Positions 1 through 10,327 of a stretch of DNA of 64,000 bases are shown one piece after another; the first letter of the stretch is position 1, and each line of letters opens with the position of its first letter. The stretch lies in assembly GCA_943350445.1 (NCBI GenBank), contig CALRAE010000001.1, forward strand, positions 29,561-93,560, in the 5' to 3' direction. The notes under the pieces were generated by a model that made no database searches, was not told where the DNA came from, and was given only the letters and a program-made list of their open reading frames with translations. Position numbers and translations under genes: made by a program. This DNA comes from Candidatus Nomurabacteria bacterium. Its GTDB lineage: Bacteria; Patescibacteriota; Minisyncoccia; Phycocordibacterales; UBA9973.

Positions 1-5
1 AGGTA

Positions 6-302
6 ATGAGGAATAAAATCGAAAAAGGATTTAACATGAACGATACTGCGTTAGAGTTTTGTAGAGCACACGAAGAACTTTCTGAGGCATTTTCAAAGTT
101 TAATAAAGGGCAAAATGGGGTGGCTGAAGAATTCGCTGATGTGATGATATTTATTCTCGGTATGTGTGAGAACTTGGGTTTTGATTTAGAAAAAGAATTA
201 GTTAGAAAAATTGAAATCAACAAGAAGAGAAAATATAAAAAATCTAAATCTCCAGATGGAAAAGATATTTTTATTCGTATCAAGACTCCTCTAGACCCGT
301 AA
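6..302 (+). CDS. MazG-like nucleotide pyrophosphohydrolase, small single-domain form
   Basis: 98-aa ORF; motif EEFADVMIFILGMCENLGFDLEKEL resembles the MazG/NTP-PPase helical core. Confidence 0.45.
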   Translation: MRNKIEKGFNMNDTALEFCRAHEELSEAFSKFNKGQNGVAEEFADVMIFILGMCENLGFDLEKELVRKIEINKKRKYKKSKSPDGKDIFIRIKTPLDP

Positions 303-329
303 AAATATAAAATATCAACTTTTCTTTGT

Positions 330-415
330 TACGGATTTTTTTAAGCTTAAAAAATCCTGAAGTTGGCTCGCCGTCGCTCGCCAAACCCCTGCGAAAAGTT
401 ATATTTTATATTTTT
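330..415. repeat. ~85-bp dispersed repeat, copy A (second copy at 36326-36410)
   Basis: ~85% identical to 36326-36410; contains AT-rich palindrome GGATTTTTTTAAGCTTAAAAAATCC; lies between two convergent genes. Confidence 0.6.
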
Positions 416-905
416 ACAACCTCTCGTAAGTAGAAAAAGTATAAGAAAAAGGATTTTTGTCGTCCTTTTTGTGTTCTTCGTGCGAGATTTTGTTCCAAAC
501 GATTGGAATAATTTCCGGAAAGAAGACATCAGCCTTTTTATCTTCGGCATTTACGTGGGTGATATAAAGTCTGTCGACAAATTTCATTGATTGTTTATAT
601 ATTTCCGCTCCGCCTATTATAAATACTTCTTGTGAAGGTCCGACCTTCACAAGTTTTAGTACTTCTTCTAGTGAATGTGCAACTTCTACACCAGCACGGG
701 TGTATTTTTTATCTCTTGTGATTACTACATTTCTTCTTTTTGGTAGTGGTCTACCGATAGATTCAAAAGTTTTACGTCCCATAATTACCTTATGGCCAGA
801 TGTTATTTCCCTGAAATGTTTCTGGTCATTCGGGAAAATCCAGAGAAGGGTGTTACCCTTACCGAGTTCATTATTTTTACCAATTGCAGCGATGAGTGAA
901 ATCAT
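414..905 (-). CDS. folA: dihydrofolate reductase
   Basis: 163 aa; MISLIAAIGKNNELGKGNTLLW...GRKTFESIGRPLPKRRNVVITR is the DHFR signature; start overlaps the thyA stop. Confidence 0.85.
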   Translation of the reverse strand: MISLIAAIGKNNELGKGNTLLWIFPNDQKHFREITSGHKVIMGRKTFESIGRPLPKRRNVVITRDKKYTRAGVEVAHSLEEVLKLVKVGPSQEVFIIGGAEIYKQSMKFVDRLYITHVNAEDKKADVFFPEIIPIVWNKISHEEHKKDDKNPFSYTFSTYERL

Positions 906-907
906 GT

Positions 908-1861
908 TTATACAGCTATGGGAGCCTTAATACCTTCGTGTGTATTATAATCAACCAACTCAAAATCCTCGATAGTGAAATCTTTGATTTTCATTTTCTT
1001 TGGATTTATTTTCATCTTTGGCATAGGGCGAATATCATTACGACGAGAGAGTTGCAATTTTGCTTGATCTAAATGATTTAAATATAAATGTACATCGCCA
1101 CCAGTCCAAACAAATTCTCCAACTTTTAGTCCACAAATTTGCGCGATGATCATAGTGAATGTGGCATACGAAGCGATGTTGAAGGGGACTCCGAGGAATG
1201 TGTCACATGAGCGCTGGTAGAGCTGACAAGAAAGCTTGCCGTCCACGACGTAAAACTGGAAGAAGCAGTGACAAGGAGGGAGTCCGGCTTTAGCCATCTC
1301 CTCTATGTCTGCTACGTTCCATGCTGAAACTATTAGCCTCCTAGAGTCAGGGCTTTTTTTAATTTGCTCAATTACGTTTGCGAGTTGATCTATATGTTTG
1401 CCGTTTGGCGCTGGCCAACTTCGCCATTGATAGCCGTAGATTGGTCCAAGGTTGCCATATTCCCTCGCAAATTTTTCATCTGTTTTTATTTTTTCCACGA
1501 ATTCTTTAATGCCTGAATTCCATTCTTCTGATCCAGTTTTTGTAACGTTAATTTTATTTCGAATTAAATATGCCTTGTAGGGCCATTCATCCCAGATGTG
1601 CACATTATTATCTGCAAGATATTTTAAATTTGTATCTCCGCGCATGAACCAAAGCAATTCATGGATGATGGATTTGATTGGCACTTTCTTTGTGGTGAGG
1701 AGGGGGAAGCCGTCTTCTAAATTAAATCGCATTTGATACCCTAATACACTTTTTGTACCTGTTCCTGTACGGTCAGTCTTGGTGGCGCCATTTTTCATGA
1801 TGTGCTCTAGGAGGTCCAAATATAAAACGTCCGCGTGTTTACCAAGAGGTTTATTCTGCAT
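908..1861 (-). CDS. thyA: thymidylate synthase
   Basis: 317 aa; [26 protein letters not shown] and the catalytic Cys region match ThyA. Confidence 0.9.
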   Translation of the reverse strand: MQNKPLGKHADVLYLDLLEHIMKNGATKTDRTGTGTKSVLGYQMRFNLEDGFPLLTTKKVPIKSIIHELLWFMRGDTNLKYLADNNVHIWDEWPYKAYLIRNKINVTKTGSEEWNSGIKEFVEKIKTDEKFAREYGNLGPIYGYQWRSWPAPNGKHIDQLANVIEQIKKSPDSRRLIVSAWNVADIEEMAKAGLPPCHCFFQFYVVDGKLSCQLYQRSCDTFLGVPFNIASYATFTMIIAQICGLKVGEFVWTGGDVHLYLNHLDQAKLQLSRRNDIRPMPKMKINPKKMKIKDFTIEDFELVDYNTHEGIKAPIAV

Positions 1862-1900
1862 GGTTTCATTATACTTTTCTGACTAGATTAAGAAACATTG

Positions 1901-1929
1901 ACAATCTATATACAAAGTGCTATACTTGT
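1901..1929 (+). promoter_or_regulatory. sigma70-like promoter (TTGACA-17-TATACT) upstream of the helicase gene
   Basis: Near-consensus hexamers with 17-bp spacer; followed by inverted repeat TTTGTGTC...GACACAAA in the leader. Confidence 0.4.
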
Positions 1930-2037
1930 TACATCATTCTCACCTATTAATTAACGAGACTGACGCTTGTGGAAATCATCTATGACTTTTGTGTCGCAAA
2001 GTGACTAGAGATTGATTGCCATGACACAAAGTTATAT

Positions 2038-3327
2038 ATGATGAACAAACGCAGTTTCGCGCGTCCAGCTTCGGCAGGTGCGCACAAGTCTTCTGGTTTC
2101 ACTCCGAGACCTTCTAGCCCTTCTTATGGAAGTGGTAAGTTTAATAATTCTCGTCCTAGTTTTTCTAGAGGGGGAGGCAGAGGTGCTCCAAAGAGGGGTA
2201 GATTTGGTGGCGAGAGGATAGATGCTTCTCGTTTCATTAAAAAAGCTATACATGTGGAGGAAAAGCCATATGTAGCAAAGCATACATTTGCTGATTTTCC
2301 TTTTAATCCACAATTACATAAAAATATTAAGGGCGCTGGATTTGAACATCCACGACCGATTCAAGACCAATCAATTCCAACAGTTCTTTCTGGGCGTGAT
2401 GTTTTCGGTATGGCAAACACTGGTACAGGTAAGACTGCAGCCTTTCTTTTGCCTTTGATTGAAAAGATTTCTAAGACTAAAGGACTTTCTAAGAAAGAAA
2501 AAGTATTAATTATGGCGCCGACTCGTGAGCTTGCTTTACAAATCGAAAGTGATTTCAAAACTCTAGCTTTTGGATTCGGTATGTTCTCCGTGGCTTGTGT
2601 GGGTGGGCTACCAATCGGGAAGCAAATAAGAGAAATAAAAATGGGGGTATCGTTTGTTATCGGTACGCCGGGGCGTCTACGAGATTTGATTGACCAAAAA
2701 GTTCTAGACCTCTCTACTTGTCACTCTGTGGTACTCGACGAAGCTGACCGTATGCTCGATATGGGATTCCGTGATGATATGGTTTACATTATCGGCAAGA
2801 CTGCAAAGGAACGTCAAACTCTATTCTTCTCTGCGACTCTTTCTCCAGAAATTAGAAAAATGACGGAACAATATCTGAAAGATCCTGCTTTTATTTCTGT
2901 GATTTCAGGTGAGACAGCAAAAAATATCGAGCAAGATGTAGTTCGTTTTAGAGCTAAGGAAGAAAAAATAGAAAAACTGCACGAAGTTTTGAAAAAGGAC
3001 GGATCTGACAAAGTTCTTATCTTCCGCGAGATGAAACACAGCGTGGATTCTCTAGCGAAAGAACTTCAAGGTTTTGGATTTAAAGTGGGTGGTATTCATG
3101 GCGACAAGAGAAGTCGTGAACGTATCCGCATCCTTGATTCATTCAAAAAGGACCAGATCAACATCTTGATTGCGACAGACGTGGCAGCCAGAGGTCTAGA
3201 TATTCCAGATGTGACCCACGTCATCAACTACGACGTCCCACAAACATATGATACATATGTGCACCGCATAGGCCGAACAGGCCGCGCAGGCAAGAAGGGA
3301 ACAGCCTTGACCTTCGTGCCGGCGTAA
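2038..3327 (+). CDS. DEAD-box ATP-dependent RNA helicase with N-terminal RGG-rich extension
   Basis: Q-motif, AxTGTGKT, PTRELA, DEAD (VLDEADRMLDMGF), SAT and HRIGRTGRAG motifs; N-terminal 60 aa Arg/Gly/Ser-rich. Confidence 0.9.
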   Translation: MMNKRSFARPASAGAHKSSGFTPRPSSPSYGSGKFNNSRPSFSRGGGRGAPKRGRFGGERIDASRFIKKAIHVEEKPYVAKHTFADFPFNPQLHKNIKGAGFEHPRPIQDQSIPTVLSGRDVFGMANTGTGKTAAFLLPLIEKISKTKGLSKKEKVLIMAPTRELALQIESDFKTLAFGFGMFSVACVGGLPIGKQIREIKMGVSFVIGTPGRLRDLIDQKVLDLSTCHSVVLDEADRMLDMGFRDDMVYIIGKTAKERQTLFFSATLSPEIRKMTEQYLKDPAFISVISGETAKNIEQDVVRFRAKEEKIEKLHEVLKKDGSDKVLIFREMKHSVDSLAKELQGFGFKVGGIHGDKRSRERIRILDSFKKDQINILIATDVAARGLDIPDVTHVINYDVPQTYDTYVHRIGRTGRAGKKGTALTFVPA

Positions 3328-3343
3328 ATAATTATAGATAAAT

Positions 3344-3376
3344 AAAAAAACTCCACTAGGTGTGGAGTTTTTTTAT
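3344..3376. terminator. bidirectional intrinsic terminator
   Basis: A-run, ACTCCAC-tagg-GTGGAGT hairpin, T-run between the convergent helicase and rpmB genes. Confidence 0.6.
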
Positions 3377-3618
3377 GCCTTTATTAATCCAGCTTTGAGG
3401 AGGGTTGCGTAGGCGCCGTTTTTCTTCATGGTGCGCATGCCTTTAGTGGTTATTTCAATATTTAGGAATTTGTTTATCTCCGGCACGAAAACCCTCTTCT
3501 TTTGAAGGTTTACATACTTTCGGACTTTACCAGTAGGGTTGAATTTGGTCGCACGGGTCCTGTTAGAGTATCCGCCTCCCATGATTGAGCCCTTTTTTGT
3601 TATTGCGCATATTTTCAT
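3373..3618 (-). CDS. rpmB: 50S ribosomal protein L28
   Basis: 81 aa, basic; C-x-I-T-K-K-G...N-R-T-R-x-K-F-N-P pattern typical of L28. Confidence 0.6.
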   Translation of the reverse strand: MKICAITKKGSIMGGGYSNRTRATKFNPTGKVRKYVNLQKKRVFVPEINKFLNIEITTKGMRTMKKNGAYATLLKAGLIKA

Positions 3619-3649
3619 ATCAGTTACAAAATGCTATCATAAAATACAA

Positions 3650-4270
3650 ATGGAAGCAACCAACGCAGTATTTTATGTGGTCGTACTTGTGATGTCTATC
3701 GTTATTCACGAAGTCTCGCATGGTTTCATGGCGGAGTATTTTGGCGACAAGACGGCGCGCTTTGCAGGTAGGCTGACTTTGAATCCCATTAAACACTTAG
3801 ACCTTTTTGGCTCCGTCCTTTTGCCAGTCTTTCTGGTTTTCACACATTCTCCATTCTTGTTTGGTTGGGCGAAGCCCGTGCCATACAATCCAGAAAATTT
3901 AAGTAATAAAAAATGGGGGACTGTGGCCGTAGCATCAGCCGGAGTTCTCTCCAATTTCCTGATCGCTATTATTTTTGGGGTCATCATCCGTCTCTCACAC
4001 GGCATGACTTTACCAGAAGGTTTTTATTTCATAACTTCGATAATAGTCCTTGTGAACCTAGCCTTGGGAATATTCAACTTGGTTCCCATACCACCACTCG
4101 ATGGTTCAAAGATACTTTTCTCTCTTTTGCCACAATCTGCCTCTACGTATATTTCTCAGATTGAACAATACTCTCTTTTTCTGTTGATAATTTTCATTGT
4201 TTTCTTTTCTAACTATCTATACCCGATTTTGACTTTTCTCTTCAGTTTTCTTACCGGTCTTGCATTTTAG
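3650..4270 (+). CDS. site-2-protease-like membrane metalloprotease (peptidase M50 family)
   Basis: HEVSHGF (HExxH) in a TM helix plus NLVPIPPLDGSKIL (LDG motif). Predicted ORF 3539 would overlap rpmB, so ATG 3650 is the likely start. Confidence 0.55.
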   Translation: MEATNAVFYVVVLVMSIVIHEVSHGFMAEYFGDKTARFAGRLTLNPIKHLDLFGSVLLPVFLVFTHSPFLFGWAKPVPYNPENLSNKKWGTVAVASAGVLSNFLIAIIFGVIIRLSHGMTLPEGFYFITSIIVLVNLALGIFNLVPIPPLDGSKILFSLLPQSASTYISQIEQYSLFLLIIFIVFFSNYLYPILTFLFSFLTGLAF

Positions 4271-4345
4271 TTTTTAAAATAGTATATTAAAGTCCTTAGT
4301 CACTTAAGTCTTCTTGGGTGCTATTTTGTTTATATATTTAAAATT

Positions 4346-4771
4346 ATGGCAACAATCAATCAATTAGTTCGAAAAGGCAGATTCAAGGTCCATGCTAAAA
4401 CAAAGACTGTAGCTTTGGCGCGTGGATTCAACGTTCTAAAGAATCGCCCAGTCTTTTTCCCAGCTCCTTTTAAGAGAGGTGTTTGTACGAAAGTCTCTAC
4501 AACGACTCCAAAGAAGCCGAACTCTGCTCTACGAAAGATCGCTCGCGTACGTTTGACCAACGGCATGGAAGTCACCGCTTATATCCCAGGTGAAGGACAC
4601 AATCTACAAGAACACTCAGTCGTTATGCTCCGTGGAGGACGCGTAAAGGACTTGATCGGAGTGCGATATCACATCGTCCGTGGAGTGCTCGATACACAAG
4701 GAGTAGAGAAGAGACGACAAGGACGTTCACTATACGGAAACAAGAAACCGAAGGAAGCGAAAGCGAAATAA
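4346..4771 (+). CDS. rpsL: 30S ribosomal protein S12
   Basis: [12 protein letters not shown]...[10 protein letters not shown] conserved. Confidence 0.95.
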   Translation: MATINQLVRKGRFKVHAKTKTVALARGFNVLKNRPVFFPAPFKRGVCTKVSTTTPKKPNSALRKIARVRLTNGMEVTAYIPGEGHNLQEHSVVMLRGGRVKDLIGVRYHIVRGVLDTQGVEKRRQGRSLYGNKKPKEAKAK

Positions 4772-4824
4772 TCACCACCCCTAGCACCTCCTCATTAAGG
4801 AGGGGAGGAAATTAAAAAAAATTT

Positions 4825-5295
4825 ATGCGAAGAAAAGTAAAAAATCGAAATATAGTAGCGCCAGACTTCATCTACAATTCTACAAAATTGGAGAAGTTTA
4901 TTAATTACATCATGTGGTCTGGAAAGAAGGAGACAGCCCGCAAGGTAATGTACGCTACTTTTGATACCATAAAAGAAAAGACTGGCAATCCAAATCCTCT
5001 TGAAGTTTTCGACTTGGCTATGAAGAACGCAGGTCCTTTGACTGAAGTTCGTTCAAAGCGTATCGGTGGAGCTAACTATCAGATCCCTATCGAAGTCCGT
5101 CCTGAAAGACGCAATGCTCTAGCTATGCGTTGGATTCGCGATGCTGCTCGTGGAGGAAAAGGCAAACCAATGCATTTGAAACTCGCCGATGAACTGATAG
5201 CTGCTTCAAAGAATGAAGGTTCTGCTATTAAAAAGAAGGAAGACACACACAAGATGGCCGAAGCAAACAAAGCTTTCGCTCACTTTGCTTGGTAG
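4825..5295 (+). CDS. rpsG: 30S ribosomal protein S7
   Basis: 156 aa; typical S7 N- and C-terminal motifs. Confidence 0.95.
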   Translation: MRRKVKNRNIVAPDFIYNSTKLEKFINYIMWSGKKETARKVMYATFDTIKEKTGNPNPLEVFDLAMKNAGPLTEVRSKRIGGANYQIPIEVRPERRNALAMRWIRDAARGGKGKPMHLKLADELIAASKNEGSAIKKKEDTHKMAEANKAFAHFAW

Positions 5296-5341
5296 GAGAG
5301 AAAGAGGTATAATTTGTTTATTAGTTAATCTTAATTAAAAT

Positions 5342-5737
5342 ATGAATAAATCTTTTATTTTTTCTTTAATTTTGATTCTTCTAGGAGTATTTGGATTCTT
5401 CTATTTCCAATACTTAGGAAACAATTCTGTTGAACATTGCAAGGCTTTAAATAATTGTTCAGGTGCAGAAGGACTTCAGGGATTAGCCAGCTTCTTTTTT
5501 GCTCTTCCTATACTTTTAATAGGTTTGATTCTTTGTTGGGTATCACTATTTTCAAAAAGCAGCCTACTCATTTCAAGAGTGTATTCTTTAGTTGGAGGAA
5601 TAGTGGGCTTCTTGTTATTCATGCTTCTTGGAAGGTTTATTTTCTTTCTAAATATTGGATATTTAGGCTATCTTTTGATTGGAATAGTAGGTGCATCAAT
5701 AGGAATTTATATTGGTCGAAAAGTTGCGACGGTTTGA
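5342..5737 (+). CDS. hypothetical small membrane protein (4 predicted TM segments)
   Basis: 131 aa, hydrophobic; follows rpsG by 46 nt; no recognisable family. Confidence 0.4.
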   Translation: MNKSFIFSLILILLGVFGFFYFQYLGNNSVEHCKALNNCSGAEGLQGLASFFFALPILLIGLILCWVSLFSKSSLLISRVYSLVGGIVGFLLFMLLGRFIFFLNIGYLGYLLIGIVGASIGIYIGRKVATV

Positions 5738-5806
5738 TGTAAACAGAGTCTAAGGCTCTGAATCTCGCAAGGACCGTCCTTGCTATTGACTTGCTATGGA
5801 TCAAAA

Positions 5807-5828
5807 GACCACCGAAAGGTGGTTTTTG
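5807..5828 (+). terminator. intrinsic terminator
   Basis: GACCACC-gaaa-GGTGGTC hairpin followed by TTTTTGGTTT. Confidence 0.55.
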
Positions 5829-5829
5829 G

Positions 5830-5865
5830 TTTACACCGTTGACTTTTATTTTTGTTAAGTATATG
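5830..5865 (+). promoter_or_regulatory. promoter for the toxin-antitoxin module (TTGACT-17-TATGAT)
   Basis: Hexamers with 17-bp spacer immediately downstream of the terminator. Confidence 0.35.
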
Positions 5866-5912
5866 ATATTATAATATTAGATTATCATACAAATTAACAT
5901 AAGAATATAAAT

Positions 5913-6122
5913 ATGACCACATTATCAATACCCGTGTCAGGGGATTTAGAAAAATTTATAGAAGGGATGGTTAAAGTTGGGAAAGGTTCAAACAAAGCTG
6001 ACGTCGTTCGACGTGCCTTACGTGAGTATCAAGAGAATGAAATAGTTAAAACTATTTTACAGGCTGAAAATGAGCCTACAATGAAAGGGGACTTACGCGA
6101 TTTAATGAAAAAATTCAAATAG
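5913..6122 (+). CDS. type II antitoxin, ribbon-helix-helix (ParD/CopG-like)
   Basis: 69 aa; N-terminal beta-strand then KADVVRRALREY helix typical of RHH; 4-nt gap to the downstream toxin. Confidence 0.6.
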   Translation: MTTLSIPVSGDLEKFIEGMVKVGKGSNKADVVRRALREYQENEIVKTILQAENEPTMKGDLRDLMKKFK

Positions 6123-6126
6123 TCCG

Positions 6127-6387
6127 ATGATTCAGATATCTTTTAAACCGACTTTCGTAAAGCAAATGAATAAGCTTGAAAAAGCGTTGGTTGAAGAGGT
6201 GTTTGAAAAAATTGAATTATTTAAAAATAAGGAGAATCATAAGACACTAAAAGTTCACAAACTTCATGGTAAGTTAGCGGGATATTTCAGTTTCTCTCTG
6301 AATTATAAGTTTAGAATTGTATTTCTGTATGAATCGGGTAATCACGTTGTATTTCTTGATATTGGCGACCATGACTTATACAAGTAA
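6127..6387 (+). CDS. type II toxin, RelE/ParE superfamily (YafQ/StbE-like)
   Basis: 86 aa; H-K-L-x-G...FSFSLNYKFRIVF...VFLDIGDHDLYK matches the RelE/ParE fold signature. Confidence 0.7.
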   Translation: MIQISFKPTFVKQMNKLEKALVEEVFEKIELFKNKENHKTLKVHKLHGKLAGYFSFSLNYKFRIVFLYESGNHVVFLDIGDHDLYK

Positions 6388-6469
6388 TTGCTTTTAACGT
6401 ACTTTTGTTATACTATTAAGTACATAAGACGACAGCGTCTTTTTTTTATTAAATAAAGAAAATTAACAC

Positions 6470-8620
6470 ATGGAACGAGACTATCCACTAGAGAAAGTTA
6501 GAAATTTTGGAATTATCGCGCACATTGATGCGGGCAAGACAACGACGACAGAACGCGTGCTTTTTTATACTGGTACGAAGCATAAAATTGGCGAGGTGCA
6601 TGAAGGTGAGACGACGACAGACTGGATGGAACAAGAACGAGAGCGTGGTATTACTATCACCGCTGCCGCTGTCACTTGTTTCTGGATTCCGACATACGCT
6701 CCTACCGATAAAACAAAGAAGCATCGTTTTAATATTATTGATACTCCTGGACACATCGACTTTACTGTAGAGGTAAAGCGTTCTTTACGCGTTCTCGACG
6801 GCGCTGTGGTGGTGTTTGACGGTGTGGCTGGTGTTGAACCTCAGTCTGAGACGAACTGGAGATATGCTGACGAGGCAAAGGTTCCTCGTATTTGTTTTAT
6901 AAATAAATTAGATCGAACAGGTGCTTCTTTTGAACATTCTTATGCAACTATTTTAGACAGACTTAGTAAAAAGGCTGTTCGCGTGCAGATCCCTATTGGT
7001 CTCGAAGATAAATTTGAAGGAGTTATTGATTTGCTTCGCATGAAGGCTTTCTATTTCGAGGGAGACATGGGTAATACCATTATTGAAAAAGACATTCCAG
7101 AAAATATGAAAGCTGATGCAGCTAAATATCACTCAGAGCTAGTGGAGAAAATTGTTGAGACAGATGATGTCATGATGACAGAGTACTTAGAGGGGATGGT
7201 TCCTGGTTTTGATGTACTGAAAAAGACTCTCCGTAAGGCTGTTATTGATAATAAGATTTTCCCAGTTTTTGCTGGCTCTGCTCTAAAGAACAAAGGTGTT
7301 CAGCTCATACTTGATGCTGTGATAGATTATTTGCCAGCTCCGACAGATATCGCAGCTGTCTCCGGTATTGATCCAAATGATGATGACAAAGTAATAACTC
7401 GAAGTGCTTCCGACAAAGAGCCTTTTTCTGCGCTTGCTTTCAAAGTCGCGACTGATCCATTCGTCGGACAGATTATTTTCTTCCGTGTTTATTCTGGAAC
7501 ACTTGCTGCAGGTAGTTATATTTACAATCCTAGAACTCGTAATAAAGAGCGCATTGGACGAATTCTTCGTATGCATGCAAATGATCGAGAAGAAGTGAAG
7601 CAAGTCTTTGCTGGAGAAATAGCCGCAGCAGTGGGACTCAAGGACACAATTACATCAGACACTATCTGTGATGAAGAGAAGCCAATTATTCTAGATAGAA
7701 TTATTTTCCCTGAACCAGTTATTTCTCTACGCATAGAACCAAAAACAAAAGCTGACCAAGAGAAAATGGGTATGGCTTTGAACCGTCTAGCGCAAGAAGA
7801 CCCTACTTTTAGAGTGAGCAGTGATCAAGAAACAGGGGAGACTATCATTGCAGGGATGGGAGAATTACACTTGGAAATTATTGTTGATCGTATGAAGCGT
7901 GAGTTTACAGTTGAGGCAAATGTGGGCAAGCCACAGGTTGCTTATCGTGAAACAATCAATAGTTCTAGTGAAGCTGAAGGCAAATACATCAAGCAGTCTG
8001 GTGGACGCGGTAACTACGGACACGTGAAGATCAAGGTCAAGCCAATGGAAATGCTTACAAAGGAAGAAGTGGAAGATCTACCAAAGAATACAAAGCGATC
8101 TCCTGGATTTGAATTCATAAACAGCATCAAGGGTGGAGTTATTCCTCAGGAATACATTACTCACTGTGAAAAAGGATTCAAAGAAGGACTCGATCGTGGA
8201 GTTTCTGCTGGATTCAAAATGGTCAATGTCTCTGTAGAGCTTTGGGACGGTAGTTATCACGAAGTTGACTCAAACGAAATGGCTTTCAAAATCGCTGCAT
8301 CAATGGCAGTGCAAGATGCATGTAAACGAGCGAGCCCAGTCATCCTTGAGCCGATGATGAAGGTAGAAGTCGTGACTCCAGATAAATTCATGGGAGACGT
8401 AACAGGCAACCTTTCATCAAAGCGCGCGCTCATCGAAGGCATGGAAGATCGTGGTATGAACAAAGTCATCAAAGCCATTGTTCCTCTATCTGAAATGTTC
8501 GGATACATGACTGGCCTACGTTCTATGACTGAAGGCCGCGCATCATTCACGATGGAATTCTTCCGCTACGACATCGTGCCAAACAACGTGGCTGAAACTA
8601 TTATTGCGGCGAGGAAGTAG
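6470..8620 (+). CDS. fusA: elongation factor G
   Basis: 716 aa; [14 protein letters not shown]-domain and conserved domains II-V. Confidence 0.97.
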   Translation: MERDYPLEKVRNFGIIAHIDAGKTTTTERVLFYTGTKHKIGEVHEGETTTDWMEQERERGITITAAAVTCFWIPTYAPTDKTKKHRFNIIDTPGHIDFTVEVKRSLRVLDGAVVVFDGVAGVEPQSETNWRYADEAKVPRICFINKLDRTGASFEHSYATILDRLSKKAVRVQIPIGLEDKFEGVIDLLRMKAFYFEGDMGNTIIEKDIPENMKADAAKYHSELVEKIVETDDVMMTEYLEGMVPGFDVLKKTLRKAVIDNKIFPVFAGSALKNKGVQLILDAVIDYLPAPTDIAAVSGIDPNDDDKVITRSASDKEPFSALAFKVATDPFVGQIIFFRVYSGTLAAGSYIYNPRTRNKERIGRILRMHANDREEVKQVFAGEIAAAVGLKDTITSDTICDEEKPIILDRIIFPEPVISLRIEPKTKADQEKMGMALNRLAQEDPTFRVSSDQETGETIIAGMGELHLEIIVDRMKREFTVEANVGKPQVAYRETINSSSEAEGKYIKQSGGRGNYGHVKIKVKPMEMLTKEEVEDLPKNTKRSPGFEFINSIKGGVIPQEYITHCEKGFKEGLDRGVSAGFKMVNVSVELWDGSYHEVDSNEMAFKIAASMAVQDACKRASPVILEPMMKVEVVTPDKFMGDVTGNLSSKRALIEGMEDRGMNKVIKAIVPLSEMFGYMTGLRSMTEGRASFTMEFFRYDIVPNNVAETIIAARK

Positions 8621-8651
8621 TTGTATTCGAACCAACATTCATGTTATAATA
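8581..8651. repeat. direct repeat copy 1 (fusA 3' end plus intergenic ATGTTATAATA)
   Basis: 40 nt AAACAACGTGGCTGAAACTATTATTGCGGCGAGGAAGTAG recurs at 10038-10077 with 3 mismatches; downstream ATGTTATAATA block also recurs. Confidence 0.75.
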
Positions 8652-8656
8652 AATTC

Positions 8657-10039
8657 ATGAGTTTTGATTTACCACCTGAAGATGAAGTACCAAGAAAACG
8701 AACTCCTGAAGAGTTAGCTTCTTTACTTAGTGAAACACAAAATATCTCAGGAGATAATATATATGAATTAATGCTAAAAGCTAAAACTTCGTTAGAGCAT
8801 TCTTCCCCAGAACAAACACAAAAACTCCTTGAGTCTATTAAATTGGCTGCAAATGATATAATTGATAGACAAAATGGTTATCTGGTTAACCTTCGTAATA
8901 AAATAGATCTTTGTTTTGATATACTCCATAGGGCAATGCTTGAAAATGTAGTGCCAGGCAATCCATATAATGAAATATGTCAAAAATCGCTTGATTTTGT
9001 CTTTGAAAAACAGATCCAGCTTTCTTCGTTTCATCAAACTTTTACGGATTTAAACAGTAAGTTTTTAGAAATCGATGTTAGTGTTTCGGGATCAGAGGAA
9101 TTATCAAAAATGGCTGAGAAATTGATTGAAATACTTGCAAAGGAAAAAGCCGCGATGGACGAGTATATAGATGCTGTAGATAAGTTAAGTGTAAATGTGA
9201 AAGCCCGAGCTCTTTTTAAAGTTATGGAAAAACGGTCTGCCAATTCGGATGATCGAGGTGTTAAAGTTGACAATGTAGAAGCCGCATCCGTTAAAACCCC
9301 TACTCCAGATATAAAAAATGCGGGCGATAGAAACACTAAAGATGTATTAAGTAACGAATCCATAGTTAGACCTTCTTTGTCAGAATCATATGATCCTAGA
9401 TTGAATGAAGTTATAGAGAGATCAAAAAATGCGAGTGAGAAAATAAAAAACCAAGTTTTTAAGTTAACTCAAAGAAGATCTTTTTTTGAAAATAGCCTCA
9501 GAAAACATCTTGATTATATAAGAAGGGATTTTTCTTGGCTTATCAAAAATCCGGAAGATCAAATAGGGGGTGGGGAATATAAAGGTTGGACATCTGAAGA
9601 AATAAAGGAATACTATTTTGTATTATATGGAACAGATGACTTTCCAAAACAATCTGAGGTGCAGCCTTTAATGGGTCAGATTTTGGGTTCCAGGGAAAAA
9701 CATAATGAAAATATTGAAAACAGACAGCCTGATTCAGGAGTGGATATTTCAACAGAAACTCTTTTCGTGGACCTTGAAAAAGTTCAAAATGTAGAAGGTG
9801 CGTTTAATATTTTTCAAAAAGCTCATTTTCTGTTAGAAAAAGAAGGTGGTTTTTTTTCTAAAAAAAGAAAAGAACTTAGGGCTCTAAAAAAAGCGGCTCT
9901 TGCAAAAATGAGACAAGTTAGTGGGCTTTCGCTAGAAGATATATCCAGGATTGAATCAGGCTCGGATCTGGGAACTTCCCAATACAGAAGATATTTTTAT
10001 TTGGCAAAAAAACTTGGTATTCCACATAAATGGTTTTAA
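8657..10039 (+). CDS. hypothetical soluble protein inserted between fusA and tuf
   Basis: 461 aa from ATG 8657 (track gives TTG 8621); no TM, no signal peptide, no recognisable domain; acidic/helical. Confidence 0.5.
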   Translation: MSFDLPPEDEVPRKRTPEELASLLSETQNISGDNIYELMLKAKTSLEHSSPEQTQKLLESIKLAANDIIDRQNGYLVNLRNKIDLCFDILHRAMLENVVPGNPYNEICQKSLDFVFEKQIQLSSFHQTFTDLNSKFLEIDVSVSGSEELSKMAEKLIEILAKEKAAMDEYIDAVDKLSVNVKARALFKVMEKRSANSDDRGVKVDNVEAASVKTPTPDIKNAGDRNTKDVLSNESIVRPSLSESYDPRLNEVIERSKNASEKIKNQVFKLTQRRSFFENSLRKHLDYIRRDFSWLIKNPEDQIGGGEYKGWTSEEIKEYYFVLYGTDDFPKQSEVQPLMGQILGSREKHNENIENRQPDSGVDISTETLFVDLEKVQNVEGAFNIFQKAHFLLEKEGGFFSKKRKELRALKKAALAKMRQVSGLSLEDISRIESGSDLGTSQYRRYFYLAKKLGIPHKWF

Positions 10040-10104
10040 ACAACGTGGCTGAGACCATCATTGCGGCGAGGAAGTAGACCTTGATACTATTTTATGTTAT
10101 AATA
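10038..10104. repeat. direct repeat copy 2 (non-coding duplicate of the fusA 3' end)
   Basis: See copy 1; in this copy the duplicated fusA codons are non-coding. Confidence 0.75.
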
Positions 10105-10327
10105 GAGGTATGGAAGACTCATTTCATACAACCCATCTTCCTGCGGAATATGAAAGGAAGGGAAGAAACATGAAAGTCTTATTGAGAGCGTTCTTGCTCA
10201 CGTTGCGGAATCTACTCATCATCTCGACCATCAGATCAACATCGTCATCGGAATAAGCGCAGCGACGTTTCTTCTTTCTGTATCAATTTTTGAAAAGGAA
10301 CACGGAAGTGCTCCTCTATTTTTCGTA

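Noticed and set aside
3539-3649. N-terminal extension of the M50-like protease ORF
   Set aside because: The extension would overlap the convergent rpmB gene by ~80 nt. The internal ATG at 3650 just precedes the first TM helix and the HExxH motif.
8621-8656. TTG start for the inserted 472-aa ORF as given by the ORF track
   Set aside because: It would begin 1 nt after the fusA stop with no RBS. The in-frame ATG at 8657 is more plausible.
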